Below, piece after piece: positions 50,719-64,000 of a stretch of 64,000 nt of DNA. How positions within the stretch are numbered: position 1 is the first letter of the stretch; every line of letters starts with the position of its first letter. Below the pieces are notes generated by a model. That model searched no databases and was not told the origin of the DNA. It saw nothing but the letters and a program-made list of their open reading frames with translations. The position numbers and the translations under genes were made by a program. Source of the DNA: Balanoglossus misakiensis (Eukaryota > Animalia > Hemichordata); assembly GCA_040954595.2 (NCBI GenBank), contig CM082579.2, positions 15,972,550 to 16,036,549 on the forward strand, in the 5' to 3' direction.

Positions 50719-51976
50719 CTGAAATCAATAAATACATAACTGTTAACATTTTAATGTCCGGGACTATTGTACAGACCAGAATGCCAGAATAAAATGTGGT
50801 GATAGCTTCACTGTAGAGGTATAGGCCTATGGGTAGGTCAAGGTCACGGATAAACCTGTTGACATGGTCCACAACCTTGAAATTTGGCATGTGGGATCCT
50901 GACCATATACCGGTACATGTAGTGTACAAGGACTGTCAACAGATTTTTTATTCCACATTTTAATATAAATAAGGTCCATATGAAAATTCCAATCAAAGCT
51001 GACAATTACAGTGAGTAATTAAAAATTCAAGAGTGTTATGCATGAAATTACATAGGCCCACATAATTGTGCCAAGTTTGAGATTCATAGATTCAGCCGAT
51101 CACACTTTCTTCTCATTTACCTTTTTGAAATATTTGTTTGCAATCTGGGTAAGACAAGTAGACATTTCTGTAGAAACTATTCCAACATATGTTGACTTCA
51201 TGCACATAGAATAAAGTCAAAGTAGTAAGACAGCATGTGCCATTCTCAAACAAAACTATAGACATTTTTTTCACACAGGACGTGATTAAAGAAATTTAGC
51301 TCAGCAAAAATTTCCCACTCAAATTATGGCATTTGTTGTATTTACACATAGTGACTGTACATTTCAAGGCAATTGGACACTTGGATACTAAGAGGGTTTA
51401 ATTATATACCCAAATTTCACAATTTCCAAAAACTATACTAAGGCCAAACATGCATATAAAATTTAAACACATTTGCACTAGTTATTTAACAGAACACTTG
51501 TGTTGACACATGACAGACAACCTATGAACAATTGTCTTTTCTGATAAGCTCTGTGTCAGAGCAGAGTTATGACAAGTAACCTGCAATGAATCACATGCAG
51601 AACTGTACTGCAGTGCATTATGCTGAAGGTCTCTTCACATGGCAGACACACTTACCTTGGGATATCTTTGGTTATACAAAACTGCAAGAAAGCAAATAAT
51701 ATAAATTATCATTACTGGTTATAGGTGTACATGTTTGCCACTGAATCCAACAGAATACATGCATATTATTTCTGCATAAAATCCAGTTCATCTATTTCCA
51801 TCAGGCATTTCCTCTTTATCTTCACTAAACATAACAGACTACAGTATATGCGCCAATACAATCAAAGCAAACACATACAACCACATACAAAAAGATAAAA
51901 GACAGTGCCAGATATAACATCATAAAGGAGTCATTGAAATTACCACCCTTATAACATGAGAATCTTTACAGTATAA

Positions 51977-52704
51977 GGGACCGTTCAGTTTTTACGGCCA
52001 GGGGGGGGGGGCAAGTTTGTGTCATCGATTTTCAAAATCAGGCCGACCCCCCCTTCACCAAGGACCAAAAAATGATGACCCCCCTTTGACAGACCCAAAA
52101 ATATGATGACCCCCCCCCCATGCCGAAAACATGAACCTATGTACACTGTATGCAATAAATGGAATGAGGCTCCTCTCGCCTCAATTAGACATTAAATTAA
52201 ATGAACAAACTAAAATGACAATCCAATACAATAGTTGGTAGAATTGGTAAAAAAAGAAAAGTGGCGGGGGTGTCCCCCTCCCACATAAGAAAATTTGGTA
52301 AAATACAGTGCTCAAAGTTGCATTTTAATGAACTCAAAAGCAAATTAACTTAATGTTAGGGAGGACAAATTTTAATTTTGCCACTCCACTCAAAAGAAGC
52401 ATCGGGGTAGGGTGGGAAGAAGTCTGCCCTGTACACTAGACAAACCAGCGAATAAATGCAATGTGGGGGAGAATGGAGGGGGTTAGTGTCCCCCTCCCAC
52501 ATTAGAAAATTTTGTAAAATAAAGGGCGTGAAACTGCAATTTTGTGTACTCAAAAGCAAAAGTTCGGTGGCAAAAGTATGTGACCCCCCTAAACATTTAA
52601 AAAAACAGATGACCCCCCCCCTCTTGGACTTAAGTCACCCCCTGGATTTTGATCCCCCCCCCCCGCCACCCCCCCCCCCCCGGCCGTAAAAACTGAATGG
52701 TCCC
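51977..52704. mobile_element. PIF/Harbinger-like MITE, 728 bp
   Basis: TAA|GGGACCGTTCAGTTTTTACGGCC ... GGCCGTAAAAACTGAATGGTCCC|TAA (3-bp TWA TSD). Confidence 0.85.
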
Positions 52705-53583
52705 TAAGTGATCCCATTCCCCATCGTCACACTTTACATTCAAACACCTTTACAAAGACTGAATACTGCATATCAAAATACATGTAAGTACATTGTTTTC
52801 TGCATACACAATAGAACCATGCATAGTGACACAAAAATCATTCAATGTACATATACAACACAGCCAATCCAGAACGGCTGACAGTGCACACCCAGACATA
52901 AACAAAGGGTACATGTAGTACTAATACCTAGCCACACACACCCACGTTGATAAACTTGCACACAGACAGGAGTTCCAGACATACATGAATCAACAAAGAC
53001 ATGCAGACAAAGATTCAGAAAAAGATGCAAACACATGATACATAGACATACCTACACACACGCATCCACACTCTGATGAACTAGCACACAGACGGACAGG
53101 CATCAAAGAGGTGCAAAGGTCCAAACACACGCAATCACATGGTGCAATTATATACACTGTGCACAGGCTGTATATACCAACATTCACATATGTGCCACAC
53201 ACTCAACTAAACTGGCACACGAACAGACATGAAACCAAGCAAAAATTAATCCTCACGTAACAGTTGCTTCTTTTGATATAGCAAAAATTTCATGTCATGC
53301 CAATGACCTGTTTTACAGTATGTCATGAACACTTCACCCTGGTGACTTTGTTGTGGTTCATTCTACTTGTGCAGCATTGTAGTCTAAATGCAACATAAGA
53401 ATACCCAGCAATACTATTTGCAATCTATGCATATACCTCTAATAGACTATAGAAATGAATTATTCAATTCACAGCTAAAACTACAATTCGTTGCTTCTTG
53501 AACATATTCCCAAGGTTTAATATAACTGCAATTTCTTCCTCAATGACACTAATATGAAATGTACAAAACTGAGAATGTGTTTA

Positions 53584-53678
53584 TTAGCTGCAATGATTGT
53601 AGCGGGTGCTGCTAGGTTGACTGGTGTGTTCGCAGCATCAGTCAACCTAGCAGCACCCGCTACAATCATTGCAGCTAA
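53584..53678. repeat. 95-bp hairpin with perfect 40-bp arms
   Basis: TTAGCTGCAATGATTGTAGCGGGTGCTGCTAGGTTGACTG / CAGTCAACCTAGCAGCACCCGCTACAATCATTGCAGCTAA. Confidence 0.92.
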
Positions 53679-54128
53679 GGATTTCCCTTCGATTACATAG
53701 CGAACCATTTGCACAGATACTTACAGTTTTGCTGGGTTCTGTAATGTATTATTTCATCCAAAAAGCTGCACGTTTCAAGAAAGAACCAAAACAAACTCAC
53801 CTGCAGACCGCATGTGGTGGTCGCGATTCTATTTTTACCCTAAGTCCCTAACCCTACTTTTTAGGCAGCTGTGTCAGCGATCGAAAAGAATCGTCAATAA
53901 TTTCACACAATCGAATTAAACTTCGATGATGGCCATCAAGTACTCATAACCCAACATCTTCCCGCACAGTGTCATATATCTTTCGTGCCTTGAAACATCG
54001 GGATCGCTTATCTAAAACTAATTTTCGAAAGACGGGCTTTACAAAATAATACTCACCAGTAGTTCAGTATAGAGTGTGGCTGTAATTGGTATAGCGCCCC
54101 CAAACATTGGTATTCTGCCTTTCTTTTG

Positions 54129-54144
54129 TACGTCACTTCCGCCC
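54129..54144 (-). promoter_or_regulatory. Candidate Helentron promoter element (overlapping ETS and CRE-half motif)
   Basis: Minus strand reads GGGCGGAAGTGACGTA, ~70 bp upstream of a G|GTGAGT donor at 54057/54056. The RepHel ATG directly follows an acceptor TTTCAG. Confidence 0.4.
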
Positions 54145-55428
54145 AAGACGTTCAAATAAACGAGTTCGTTGTTACACTTGCGATGACTGTTATGTTTCAA
54201 TCAACATATAATTAATTTCCCCATCGTTATCATTGCTCATTTATTATATTTTGGTGCAAACATCTAATGATAAGATCAACGTGAATGAAAATCTCTTCTC
54301 TCCATTCTTCCGTTGGTGGCGCTGAGCGGTATAGGAGCCTATATATACAGTGGGTGGGCAAATTGGCAGTTCATGGACTTTGCACTATGTATGTGGCACT
54401 GAAACTTATTTTGGATGAACCTGACCTTATTGAATTCCAATTATTATGATCATCCCTTATTTTATGATTAAGCTACCAAAAAGGTCTGCTTTTATGATGT
54501 TCATTTCATTTATTTGAATCAGGTAAGGTTATAGAAAAATATACATGACACAGATACATGTATGCACCGTCCAAAAGGTTTTCAATACAGAAATGAGTTT
54601 AAAATATTTCTCCAGTGTATGCACTGTAGTGAATTTATATATGTACAGGCATAAACATTCAGCCTTCTGAAACAATTGTTATTGGGCACGGAAATTGTTG
54701 TTAGTACCTGTAAAGATAGACCACAGCTGGAAGCAGTATAAATTTCTGCAAAATGACTGAAATAGTCTCGTATTCACCTGGGTAGAACAGTGAACAACTA
54801 TTCTTGAAAGAAAGTTGTCACAAATACATATTTAACGCATTTGTCACTTAATGTCATCATCATCAACAAAAGAGCTAATAATAAAAACACCAAAATAGTT
54901 GTACGAGTGAACGAGCCAAAGTTCATACCACTAATGGATGTCAAGCATATTTAAACGTTTATGAACACATGCAGGCACAATTTAATTTGGTATTTGAATA
55001 GCCTGAATAGGTATAGAAGCAAACTTTGCACTCCAATTTTCACATTGTTTCAGCGCTTTTTTAATTATATGCACATGTCTAATATACTACACCAACAAAT
55101 GCAGGTATATGTTTGATTATTGTGGACATGGGTACCAGAACAGATAAAGCCCTGGCATTTGGGGAATTTGAGCACATAATGGAGTCTTACACAATACCTC
55201 ATTAATTATGCACATATTTCATTCCAAGCTAACCACAAGCTAGAGGTTGGGTTTTTGGTGGACATGGACCTGTACAGTGTCAAACTGTTTTCCCCAAATT
55301 TGGGGTGACCTCAGGTGACCTTTGACCTACTTTCCCCATATCTTGGCATCCACAGCAGATACAGCCTTGGCATTTGCTGGTTACCATGGGAACCGCTTGT
55401 GCCCCGCCAACGCTGTTTGCAGCTTTAA

Positions 55429-55614
55429 TTATTATTATTATTATTAAGAATTGTTTAAAATGCGCTACACATACGTCTCAGCGCATTGTGCACAGCTAAA
55501 ACAGTAGATTAAAAAATACAAGGCTGGTAAAAATAGTTAAAAGGACACAATCGAACACGTTACACATAAAACCGAGTAAAAAGGTATGTTTTCAAATTAC
55601 GCTTAAAAATATTG
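55429..55614 (-). mobile_element. 3' stub of an L2/CR1-group LINE
   Basis: Minus strand encodes NIFKRNLKTYLFTRFYV*, then a TGCGCT..AGCGCA stem-loop and a (TAA)n tail. The rest of the tail is at 37679-37684. AGCGTT is duplicated at 37673-37678 and 55615-55620. Confidence 0.8.
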
Positions 55615-58600
55615 AGCGTTCGTTAGCAACGTTGATCAAGTCAGATTTCCTACGGCATGGCTTTGCTAAAGCCCTGACACTCTAGAGCAGAAACACGCGT
55701 ACAGAGACCACGTTGATCGACTAACATTTCCTTCGGCCTGGCACGGCTGATGCCCCGGCACTATATATAGGACACAGACTGGCGTAAGTTAACAACGGTA
55801 ATCACGTCGGGTTTCCTACGGCCTGGCTCAGCTGAAGCCCCGGCACTCTAGAGCAGAAACAGGCGTACATTGACCACGTTGATCAAGTCAGATTTCCTAC
55901 GGCGTGACTCGGCTGGTGAACCGGCTCTATATGACACAGACTGGCGTAAGTTATCAACGGTGATTACGTCGGATTTCCTACGGCCTGGTTTAGCTGAAGC
56001 CCCGGCACTTTAGAGCGGAAACACGCGTACATTGACCACGATGATCAAGGCAGATCTCCTACGGCCTGGCTCGACTAAAACCCCGGCACACCATGACAGA
56101 CACTAGCGTTCGTTAGCAACGGTGATCAAGTCGGATTTCCTTCGGCCTGGCTCTGCAAAAGACCCGACACTCTAGTACAAAGACGTTGGCTAAGTCGGGC
56201 AAACCGAAGAGGGAAAGTCACAGCGGGTCAACACTCGACATTTGTTCGGGTAGGACTGCATTATTGCCTGTCAATTTATAGAGAAAGCCCGAATTTAACC
56301 AGGGCGTTACAAACACCGACGTTAGTTGGGGGCACGGCCTGCAGTACTGCCGGGTAAGCTGACATCAGCGTACCGCATATAATATAGGGGGGGGGGGGGA
56401 AACAGAACGGTTCAATACTACATTTATTAGATATCAGCTAATTTTGGACAATCATCTAAAATCTAAATCATTTTTTCATATTTGGATATCTGATGATGTA
56501 TGAAATTTCCATTATATGTAAAAATGGTGCTGATTATAAAAAATGCACTCTGAATGAACTGATTTAATACAAAATTACGTTTTATTCGTTTTTGCACCTA
56601 AAAGGTCATTTTTAGGCAAAACATTCTTTAATTTTTTTAATTCGGTGACCTGATCATATATAAAGAAAGGCTTGTATGTTAAAAGTTTTTATGACTTTTA
56701 AAAGCAGTGACACTGGCGGCATTCAACACGAAAATAACAATTTTAGCCACAATTTGGTCAAAATGGAAAATTTTTCAAAATTACAAAAAATACCCTTTTC
56801 TACATTTTCGGAAATCTGATGGAGTATAGAATGCTCTTCGTATGTATATATCGATACAAATTCCACAAAAGACCGTCTAATTTGGCTCACTGCAGACAAA
56901 ATTGCGTTTTACCAAATTTTCCTTCAAAATGTCATTTTTAGAAAAAAAAATAAAAAAACCTTTGTTCTTCGAATTTGGTGCCCCGATCATATATGACATG
57001 TTGATTGTATGTTAAAAGTTTCGACCACTCCAAAAATGCAGAGATATTGACGGAATTCAAGAAAAAATAGCCATTTTGGCCATATTTTGACAAAAATGGT
57101 AAAATTTTAAAAAATCATAAAAAATTAACTCTTTTCTTCATTTTCGGAAATATTATGGAGCATGAAGTGTCGTTCTCTTGTAAAAAGTGCTGCAAATTCC
57201 AGAAAAGGTGGTATAATTTGAATCACCCAAGACAAAATTACCATTTTCGCCTTTGTTTCGAAACATTGTCTTTTTTACAAAATAAATAAGAATAAATTCT
57301 TTTCTTAGTTTCAAACGAGTAGAGATACTTTCCACACGGGTTTTCTAACATTGAATTCCCGTTCATCAACTCTGATTTCCTACAGCATAAATCGGCTAAA
57401 ACCCTGACACTCTAGAGCAGAAACAGTTGCACACTGGTAACGTTGAACAAGTCGATTTTTTACGGCCTGGCTCGGCTAAATCTCCGTCACAATATGACAG
57501 ACACTAGCGTACGTTAGCAACGGTGATCAAGTCAGATTTTCTACGGCATGGCTTGGATAAAGCCCCGGCAGTCAAGAGCAGAAACACGCGTACAGAGACC
57601 ACGTTGATCAAGTCTGATCTCCTACGGCTTGGCTCGACTAAAACCCCGGCACACTATGACAGACACTAGCGTTCGCTAGCAACGTTGATCAAGTCAGATT
57701 TCCTACGGCATGGCTTTGCTAAAGCCCTGACACTCTAGAGCAGAAACACGCGTACAGAGACCACGTTGATCTACTCACATTTCCTTCGGCCTGGCACGGC
57801 TGATGCCCCGGCACTATATATAGGACACAGACTGGCGTAAGTTAACAACTGTAATCACGTCGGGTTTCCTACGGCCTGGCTCAGCTGAAGCCCCGGCACT
57901 CTAGAGCAGAAACAGGCGTACATTGACCACGTTGATCAAGTCAGATTTCCTACGGCGTGACTCGGCTGGTGCACCGGCTCTATATGACACAGACTGGCGT
58001 AAGTTATCAACGGTGATTACGTCGGATTTCCTACGGCCTGGTTTAGCTGAAGCCCCGGCACTTTAGAGCGGAAACACGCGTACATTGACCACGATGATCA
58101 AGTCAGATCTCCTACGGCCTGGCTCGACTAAAACCCCGGCACACCATGACAGACACTAGCGTTCGTTAGCAACGGTGATCAAGTCGGATTTCCTTCGGCC
58201 TGGCTCTGCAAAAGACCCGACACTCTAGTACAAAGACGTCGGCTAAGTCGGGCAAACCGAAGAGGGAAAGTCACAGCGTGTCAACACTCGACATTTGGTC
58301 GGGTAGGACTGCATTATTGCCTGTCAATTTATAGAGAAAGCCCGAATTTAACCAGGGCGTTTCAAACACCGACGTTAGGTGGGGGCACGGCCTGCAGTAC
58401 TGCCGGGTAAGCTGACATCGGCGTACCGCATATAATGTAGGGGAGGGGGGGGGGGAACAGAACGGTTCAATACTACATTTATTAGATATCAGCTAATTTT
58501 GGACAATCATCTAAAATCTAAATCATTTTTTCATATTTGGATATCTGGTGATGTATGAAATTTCCATTATATGTAAAAATGGTGCTGATTATTAAAAAAT

Positions 58601-61600
58601 GCACTCTGAATGAGGTTATTTAATACAAAATTGCGTTTTATTCGTTTTTGCACCAAAAAGGTCATTTTTAGGCCAAACATTCTTTATTTTTTTTAATTCG
58701 GTGACCTGATCATATATAAACAATTGCTTGTATGTTAAAAGTTTTTATGACTTTTAAAAGCAGTGACACTGGCGGCATTCAACACGAAAATAACAATTTT
58801 AGCCATAATTTGGTCAAAATGGTAAATTTTTGAAAATTACAAAAAATACCTGTTTTCTACATTTTCGGAAATCTGATGGAGTATAGAATGCTCTTCGTAT
58901 GTATATATCGATACAAATTCCACAAAAGACAATCTAATTTGGCTCACTGCAGACAAAATTGCGTTTTACCAAATGTTCCTTGAAAATGTCATTTTTAGAA
59001 AAAAAACTAAAAAAAACTTTGTTCTTCGAATTTGGTGCCCTGATCATATATGACATGTTGATTGTATGTTAAAACTTTCGACCACTCCAAAAATGCAGAG
59101 ATATTGACGGAATTCAAGAAAAAATAGCCATTTTGGCCATATTTTGACAAAAATGGTAATTTTTTAAAAAATCATAAAAAATTAACTCTTTTCTTCATTT
59201 TCGGAAATATTATGGAGCATAAAGTGTCGTTCTCTTGTAAAAAGTGCTGCAAATTCCAGAAAAGGCGGTATAATTTGAATGACCCAAGACAAAATTACCA
59301 TTTTCGACTTTTTTTCGAAAAATTGTCTTGTTTTACAAAATAAATAAGAATAAATTCTTTTCTTAGTTTCAAACGGGTAGAGATATTTTACACACGGGTT
59401 TTCTAACATTGAATTCCCGTTCATCAACTCAGATTTCCTACAGCACAAGTCGGCTAAAACCCTGACACTCTAGAGCAGAAACAGTTGCACACTGGTAACG
59501 TTGAAAAAGTCGATTTTTCTACGGCCTGGCTCGGCTAAATCTCCGTCACAATATGACAGACACTAGCGTAAGTTAGCAACGGTGATCAAGTCAGATTTTC
59601 TACGGCATAGCTCGGATAAAGCCCCGGCACTCTAGAGCAGAAACACGCGTACAGAGACCACGTTGATCAAGTCTGATCTCCTACGGCTTGGCTCGACTAA
59701 AACCCCGGCACACTATGACAGACACTAGCGTTAGTAAGCAACGTTGATCAAGTCAGATTTCCTACGGCATGGCTTGGCTAAAGCCCTGGCACTCTAGAGC
59801 AGAAACACGCGTACAGAGACCACGTTGATCTACTCACATTTCCTTCGGCCTGGCACGGCTGATGCCCCGGCACTATATATAGGACACAGACTGGCGTAAG
59901 TTAACAACGGTAATCACGTCGGGTTTCCTACGGCGTGGCTCAGATGAAGCCCCGGCACTCTAGAGCAGAAACAGGCGTACAGTGACCACGTTGATCAAGT
60001 CAGATTTCCTACGGCGTGACTCGGCTGGTGCACCGGCTCTATATGACACAGACTGGCGTAAGTTATCAACGGTGATTACGTCGGATTTCCTACGGCCTGG
60101 TTTAGCTGAAGCCCCGGCACTTTAGAGCGGAAACACGCGTACATTGACCACGATGATCAAGTCAGATCTCCTACGGCCTGGCTCGACTAAACCCCGGCAC
60201 ACCATGACAGACACTAGCGTTCGTTAGCAACGGTGATCAAGTCGGATTTCCTTCGGCCTGGCTCTGCAAAAGACCCGACATATTAGTACAAAGACGTTGG
60301 CTAAGTCGGGCAAACCGAAGAGGGAAAGTCACAGCGGGTCAACACTCGACATTTGTTCGGGTAGGACTGCATTATTGCCTGTCAATTTATAGAGAAAGCC
60401 CGAATTTAACCAGGGCGTTTCAAACACCGACGTTAGTTGGGGGCACGGCCTGCAGTACTGCCGGGTAAGCTGACATCGGCGTACCGCATATAATGTAGGG
60501 GGGGGGGGGGGGGGACAGAACGGTTCATTACTACATTTATTAAATATCAGCTAATTTTGGACAATCATCTAAAATCTAAATCATTTTTTCATATTTGGAT
60601 ATCTGGTGATGTATGAAATTTCCATTATATGTAAAAATGGTGCTGATTATTAAAAAATGCACTCTGAATGAGGTTATTTAATACAAAATTGCGTTTTATT
60701 CGTTTTTGCACCAAAAAGGTCATTTTTAGGCCAAACATTCTTTATTTTTTTTAATTCGGTGACCTGATCATATATAAACAATTGCTTGTATGTTAAAAGT
60801 TTTTATGACTTTTAAAAGCAGTGACACTGGCGGCATTCAACACGAAAATAACAATTTTAGCCATAATTTGGTCAAAATGGTAAATTTTTGAAAATTACAA
60901 AAAATACCTGTTTTCTACATTTTTGGAAATCTGATGGAGTATAGAATGCTCTTCGTATGTATATATCGATACAAATTCCACAAAAGACCGTCTAATTTGA
61001 CTCACTACAGACAAAATTGCGTTTGACCAAATTTTCCTTGAAAATTTCATTTTTAAAAAAAAAAATAAAAAAACCTTTATTCTTCGAATTTGGTGCCCTG
61101 ATCATATATGACATGTTGATTGTATGTTAAAACTTTCGACCACTCCAAAAATGCAGAGATATTGACGGAATTCAAGAAAAAATAGCCATTTTGGCCATAT
61201 TTTGACAAAAATGGTAATTTTTTAAAAAATCATAAAAAATTAACTCTTTTCTTCATTTTCGGAAATATTATGGAGCATGAAGTGTCGTTCTCTTGTAAAA
61301 AGTGCTGCAAATTCCAGAAAAGGCGGTATAATTTGAATGACCCAAGACAAAATTACCATTTTCGACTTTTTTTCGAAAAATTGTCTTGTTTTACAAAATA
61401 AATAAGAATAAATTCTTTTCTTAGTTTCAAACGGGTAGAGATATTTTACACACGGGTTTTCTAACATTGAATTCCCGTTCATCAACTCAGATTTCCTACA
61501 GCACAAGTCGGCTAAAACCCTGACACTCTAGAGCAGAAACAGTTGCACACTGGTAACGTTGAAAAGGTCGATTTTTCTACGGCCTGGCTCGGCTAAATCT

Positions 61601-64000
61601 CCGTCACAATATGACAGACACTAGCGTAAGTTAGCAACGGTGATCAAGTCAGATTTTCTACGGCATAGCTCGGATAAAGCCCCGGCACTCTAGAGCAGAA
61701 ACACGCGTACAGAGACCACGTTGATCAAGTCTGATCTCCTACGGCTTGGCTCGACTAAAACCCCGGCACACTATGACAGACACTAACGTTCGTTAGCAAC
61801 GTTGATCAAGTCAGATTTCCTACGGCATGGCTTGGCTAAAGCCCTGGCACTCTAGAGCAGAAACACGCGTACAGAGACCACGTTGATCTACTCACATTTC
61901 CTTCGGCCTGGCACGGCTGATGCCCCGGCACTATATATAGGACACAGACTGGCGTAAGTTAACAACGGTAATCACGTCGGGTTTCCTACGGCGTGGCTCA
62001 GATGAAGCCCCGGCACTCTAGAGCAGAAACAGGCGTACAGTGACCACGTTGATCAAGTCAGATTTCCTACGGCGTGACTCGGCTGGTGCACCGGCTCTAT
62101 ATGACACAGACTGGCGTAAGTTATCAACGGTGATTACGTCGGATTTCCTACGGCCTGGTTTAGCTGAAGCCCCGGCACTTTAGAGCGGAAACACGCGTAC
62201 ATTGACCACGATGATCAAGTCAGATCTCCTACGGCCTGGCTCGACTAAAACCCCGGCACACCATGACAGACACTAGCGTTCGTTAGCAACGGTGATCAAG
62301 TCGGATTTCCTTCGGCCTGGCTCTGCAAAAGACCCGACACATTAGTACAAAGACGTTGGCTAAGTCGGGCAAACCGAAGAGGGAAAGTCACAGCGGGTCA
62401 ACACTCGACATTTGGTCGGGTAGGACTGCATTATTGCCTGTCAATTTATAGAGAAAGCCCGAATTTAACCAGGGCGTTTCAAACACCGACGTTAGTTGGG
62501 GGCACGGCCTGCAGTACTGCCGGGTAAGCTGACATCGGCGTACCGCATATAATGTAGGGGGGGGGGGACAGAACGGTTCATTACTACATTTATTAAATAT
62601 CAGCTAATTTTGGACAATCATCTAAAATCTAAATCATTTTTTCATATTTGGATATCTGATGATGTATGAAATTTCCATTATATGTAAAAATGGTGCTGAT
62701 TATAAAAAATGCACTCTGAATGAGCTGATTTAATACAAGATTGCGTTTTATTCGTTTTTGCACCAAAAAGGTCATTTTTAGGCAAAACATTCTTTATTTT
62801 TTTAATTCGGTGACCTGATCATATATAAACAATTGCTTGTATGTTGAAAATTTTTATGACTTTTAAAAGCAGTGACACTGGCGGCATTCAACACGAAAAT
62901 AACAATTTTAGCCACAATTTGGTCAAAATGGTAAATTTTTGAAAATTACAAAAAATACATGTTTTCTACATTTTCGGAAATCTGATGGAGTATAGAATGC
63001 TCTTCGTATGTATATATCGATACAAATTCCACAAAAGACCGTCTAATTTGGCTCACTGCAGACAAAATTGCGTTTTACCAAATTTTCCTTGAAAATGTCA
63101 TTTTTAGAAAAAAAATAAGAATAAATTCTTTTCTTAGTTTCAAACGGGTAGAGATACTTTCCACACGGGTTTTCTAACATTGAATTCCCGTTCATCAACT
63201 CAGATTTCCTACAGCATAAGTCGGCTAAAACCCTGAGACTTTAGAGCAGAAACAGTTGCACACTGGTAACGTTGAACAAGTCGATTTTTCTACGGCCTGG
63301 CTCGGCTAAATCTCCGTCACAATATGACAGACACTATCGTACGTTAGCAACGGTGATCAAGTCAGATTTTCTACGGCATGGCTTGGATAAAGCCCCGGCA
63401 CTCTAGAGCAGAAACACGCGTACAGAGACCACGTTGATCTACTCACATTTCCTTCGGCCTGGCACGGCTGATGCCCCGGCACTATATATAGGACACAGAC
63501 TGGCGTAAGTTAACAACGGTAATCACGTCGGGTTTCCTACGGCCTGGCTCAGCTGAAGCCCCGGCACTCTAGAGCAGAAACAGGCGTACATTGACCACGT
63601 TGATCAAGTCAGATTTCCTACGGCGTGACTCGGCTGGTGCACCGGCTCTATATGACACAGACTGGCGTAAGTTATCAACGGTGATTACGTCGGATTTCCT
63701 ACGGCCTGTTTTAGCTGAAGCCCCGGCACTTTAGAGCGGAAACACGCGTACATTGACCACGATGATCAAGTCAGATCTCCTACGGCCTGGCTCGACTAAA
63801 ACCCCGGCACACCATGACAGACACTAGCGTTCGTTAGCAACGGTGATCAAGTCGGATTTCCTTCGGCCTGGCTCTGCAAAAGACCCGACACTCTAGTACA
63901 AAGACGTTGGCTAAGTCGGGCAAACCGAAGAGGGAAAGTCACAGCGGGTCAACACTCGACATTTGGTCGGGTAGGACTGCATTATTGCCTGTCAATTTAT
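55615..64000. repeat. Composite ~2-kb tandem repeat, ~4.3 monomers, open at window end
   Basis: Same monomer, resuming in register after AGCGTT. Confidence 0.97.

Larger units (their letters stand above)
37685..55428 (-). mobile_element. Helentron (Helitron2-type rolling-circle transposon), 17.7 kb, apparently complete
   Basis: Left end is the hairpin TAGGGGCACAAGCC-TATCG-GGCTTGTGCCCCTA (37684-37716). Right end has the subterminal IR GCTTGTGCCCC (55395-55405) and a short GCTG-TTTG-CAGC hairpin. TT lies at both junctions with no TSD. It encodes a RepHel-EN ORF. Confidence 0.93.

Noticed and set aside
37673-55620. 6-bp TSD generated by the Helentron
   Set aside because: Better explained by the LINE stub that hosts it; Helentrons make no TSD.

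Overview
Eukaryotic DNA (GT-AG introns and animal-type transposons; probably a marine invertebrate, species not determinable). The background is a ~1.8-2.06 kb composite tandem repeat (1-13447, 32162-37678, 55615-64000). Each monomer has a GC-rich array of ~81-bp subunits, a short unique segment ending in poly-G, and an AT-rich part made of degenerate ~335-bp subunits. Two ~18-kb insertions split the array. (1) 13448-32161 is a TIR element with TAT...ATA ends and a 6-bp ACAGAC target duplication. It encodes an 8-exon IS3/IS481-like DDE transposase on the minus strand (IS3EU-type), reconstructed here by hand because the ORF track shows only fragments. It also carries a convergent 7-exon unknown gene and an intronless BTB-BACK-PHR cargo pseudogene. 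Nested inside it are a CR1-group LINE (at whose site the 3' ends of both convergent genes are missing), an inverted Penelope fragment with two hammerhead ribozymes, and several MITE/foldback/HINE elements. (2) 37685-55428 is an apparently intact Helentron (Helitron2) with a 2387-aa OTU-Rep-PIF1-endonuclease ORF. It sits in the (ATT)n tail of a ~190-bp L2-type LINE stub. No ordinary host gene, rRNA, tRNA or CRISPR array was seen. All calls come from reading the sequence by eye; no searches were run.
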